A stretch of DNA of 34,519 bases, taken from contig MU053504.1 in NCBI GenBank assembly GCA_013239625.1, forward strand, positions 2,426,607 through 2,461,125, written 5' to 3'. This DNA is from Lama guanicoe. Its lineage: Eukaryota. Below, one piece after another: positions 33,396 to 34,519 of this stretch. Within the stretch, counting starts at the first letter, position 1. The number at the start of each line of letters is the position of its first letter. The notes beneath the pieces are model-generated. The model saw nothing but the letters and a program-made list of their open reading frames with translations. It searched no databases and was not told where the DNA came from. A program made the position numbers and the translations under genes.

Positions 33396-33829
33396 CCTAC
33401 CTTTCAGACACATACACACACTCTTTCCTTTCTTATAAACAGATAGCAAATATGTACAGTCATGTAAGATAATGTGTATAATTATTTTATACCTTGAACT
33501 TAAAATATTTGGGAGATTACTTTTAGAAAGTAGAAAACTTTCTTTGTTGGTCTTACAGTAGCATTGTAGTCCATTATACAAATGAACTGTAACTAATTTA
33601 ACGACTCCCATATTTTTTGGTATTTGGATTGTTTCTCATCTTTCACTGTACAAAGAATGTTGCTACCATCACCAGCTTTATTTATACACATTGAATATTT
33701 TTGCCAGTTCAGCATTGGGATAGGTCCACCTAGAAGTGAGATAGCTGCATCAGAAAGTAAACACATATGTGAATTTTCCTAGGTATTGTCAAATGGAGAG
33801 CTTTTAAAGAAATAAGTAGTTATCAGAGA

Positions 33830-34110
33830 TTATTTTTGTGATGCCAAAGAGTGTGATTTAGGAGTAGTTGATGAAAGGAGCGTGGAGAAGGAAGTGTCAC
33901 AGTTGAGACTAGGGTTTTGAGTCAGGTCATACTTGTGGATATTGACATCACAAGAATTGGAAATGTGAGGAAGACTATCATTAGGTGCTAGAGTGACTAG
34001 GAGGTTGATGGATGGCAGCAGTGAGAAGCAGGAAAGGATGGCAAATCCATATGACATGAATGTTAAAAGGTCTGGAGCTTCAACAAGTATCCCAGTGGGG
34101 CTACTAGGGT
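33830..34110 (-). mobile_element. L2 LINE endonuclease-domain fragment
   Basis: The minus strand ccaattcttgtgatgtcaatatccac is a frameshifted PIL(G)DVNIH, the APE-like GDFN motif. Confidence 0.5.
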
Positions 34111-34130
34111 CAGGAAGCAAGAAGGACTAC

Positions 34131-34488
34131 TATCTTAGTCATTTGGGGCTGCTGTAACAAATTACCGAAGATTGGTTCCAGCAAACATTTATTTCTCATA
34201 GTTCTGGAGGCTGGAAAGTCCAAGGTCAAGGTGCCAACAGATCTGGTGTCAGGTGAGGGTCCACTTCTTGGTTTTCAGATGGCATCTTCTCATATCCTTA
34301 CATGATGGGAAGCAGAAAGGGAGAAAGCAAGCTCTTTTGTGTCTCTTTTTAATAGGGGCACTAATCCAATTTATGAGGGCTCTTTCCATAGGACCTTCTT
34401 AGCTCCAAAGGCCCCACCTCCTAATACTACTGGGGTGAGAATTTTAACATAGGAATTTGGAGGGGGGAGGGAAACACAATTATCCATA
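34131..34488 (-). mobile_element. MLT1A-group MaLR solo LTR
   Basis: tcttagtc...gctgctgtaacaaattac...atttatttctcatagttctggaggctggaaagtccaag...caaaggccccacctcctaatac. Confidence 0.85.
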
Positions 34489-34519
34489 TTAATCCTTCAC
34501 AATTATCCAAGCCTGAGAT

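Noticed and set aside
1..34519. CRISPR arrays, operons or a new multi-gene system
   Set aside because: No repeat-spacer array or gene cluster; the window is explained by one GPCR exon, its promoter and mammalian transposon fossils.

Overview
Mammalian genomic DNA, probably a camelid, judged from a camelid-type tRNA-derived SINE at ~25326. The only protein-coding feature is exon 1 of ADRA1D (alpha-1D adrenergic receptor) on the minus strand: CDS 16768->15694, in a CpG island with a GC-box promoter. Bases 1-15693 are part of its single large intron; exon 2 (TM7 and C-tail) lies outside the window. Bases ~17900-34519 are upstream DNA that becomes almost wall-to-wall transposon fossils (L1, L2, MIR, MaLR, ERV1/ERVL, hAT). 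There is a 70-N assembly gap at 7842-7911. I found no support for a new multi-gene system. The best leads are regulatory or evolutionary: (1) a 7-aa uORF ending Pro-Pro-Pro-stop just upstream of the ADRA1D ATG; (2) a MER41-like LTR in the intron that keeps a perfect GAS/STAT motif; (3) DR1 and DR4 nuclear-receptor half-site arrays in the intron; (4) a co-oriented ERV remnant (LTR, tRNA-Gln PBS, gag) upstream; (5) an 80-bp LTR-derived retrocopy with a perfect 15-bp TSD; (6) lineage-specific indels in the receptor N-terminus and ICL3. Repeat family names come from recalled consensus sequences, not a database search, and most repeat boundaries are approximate.
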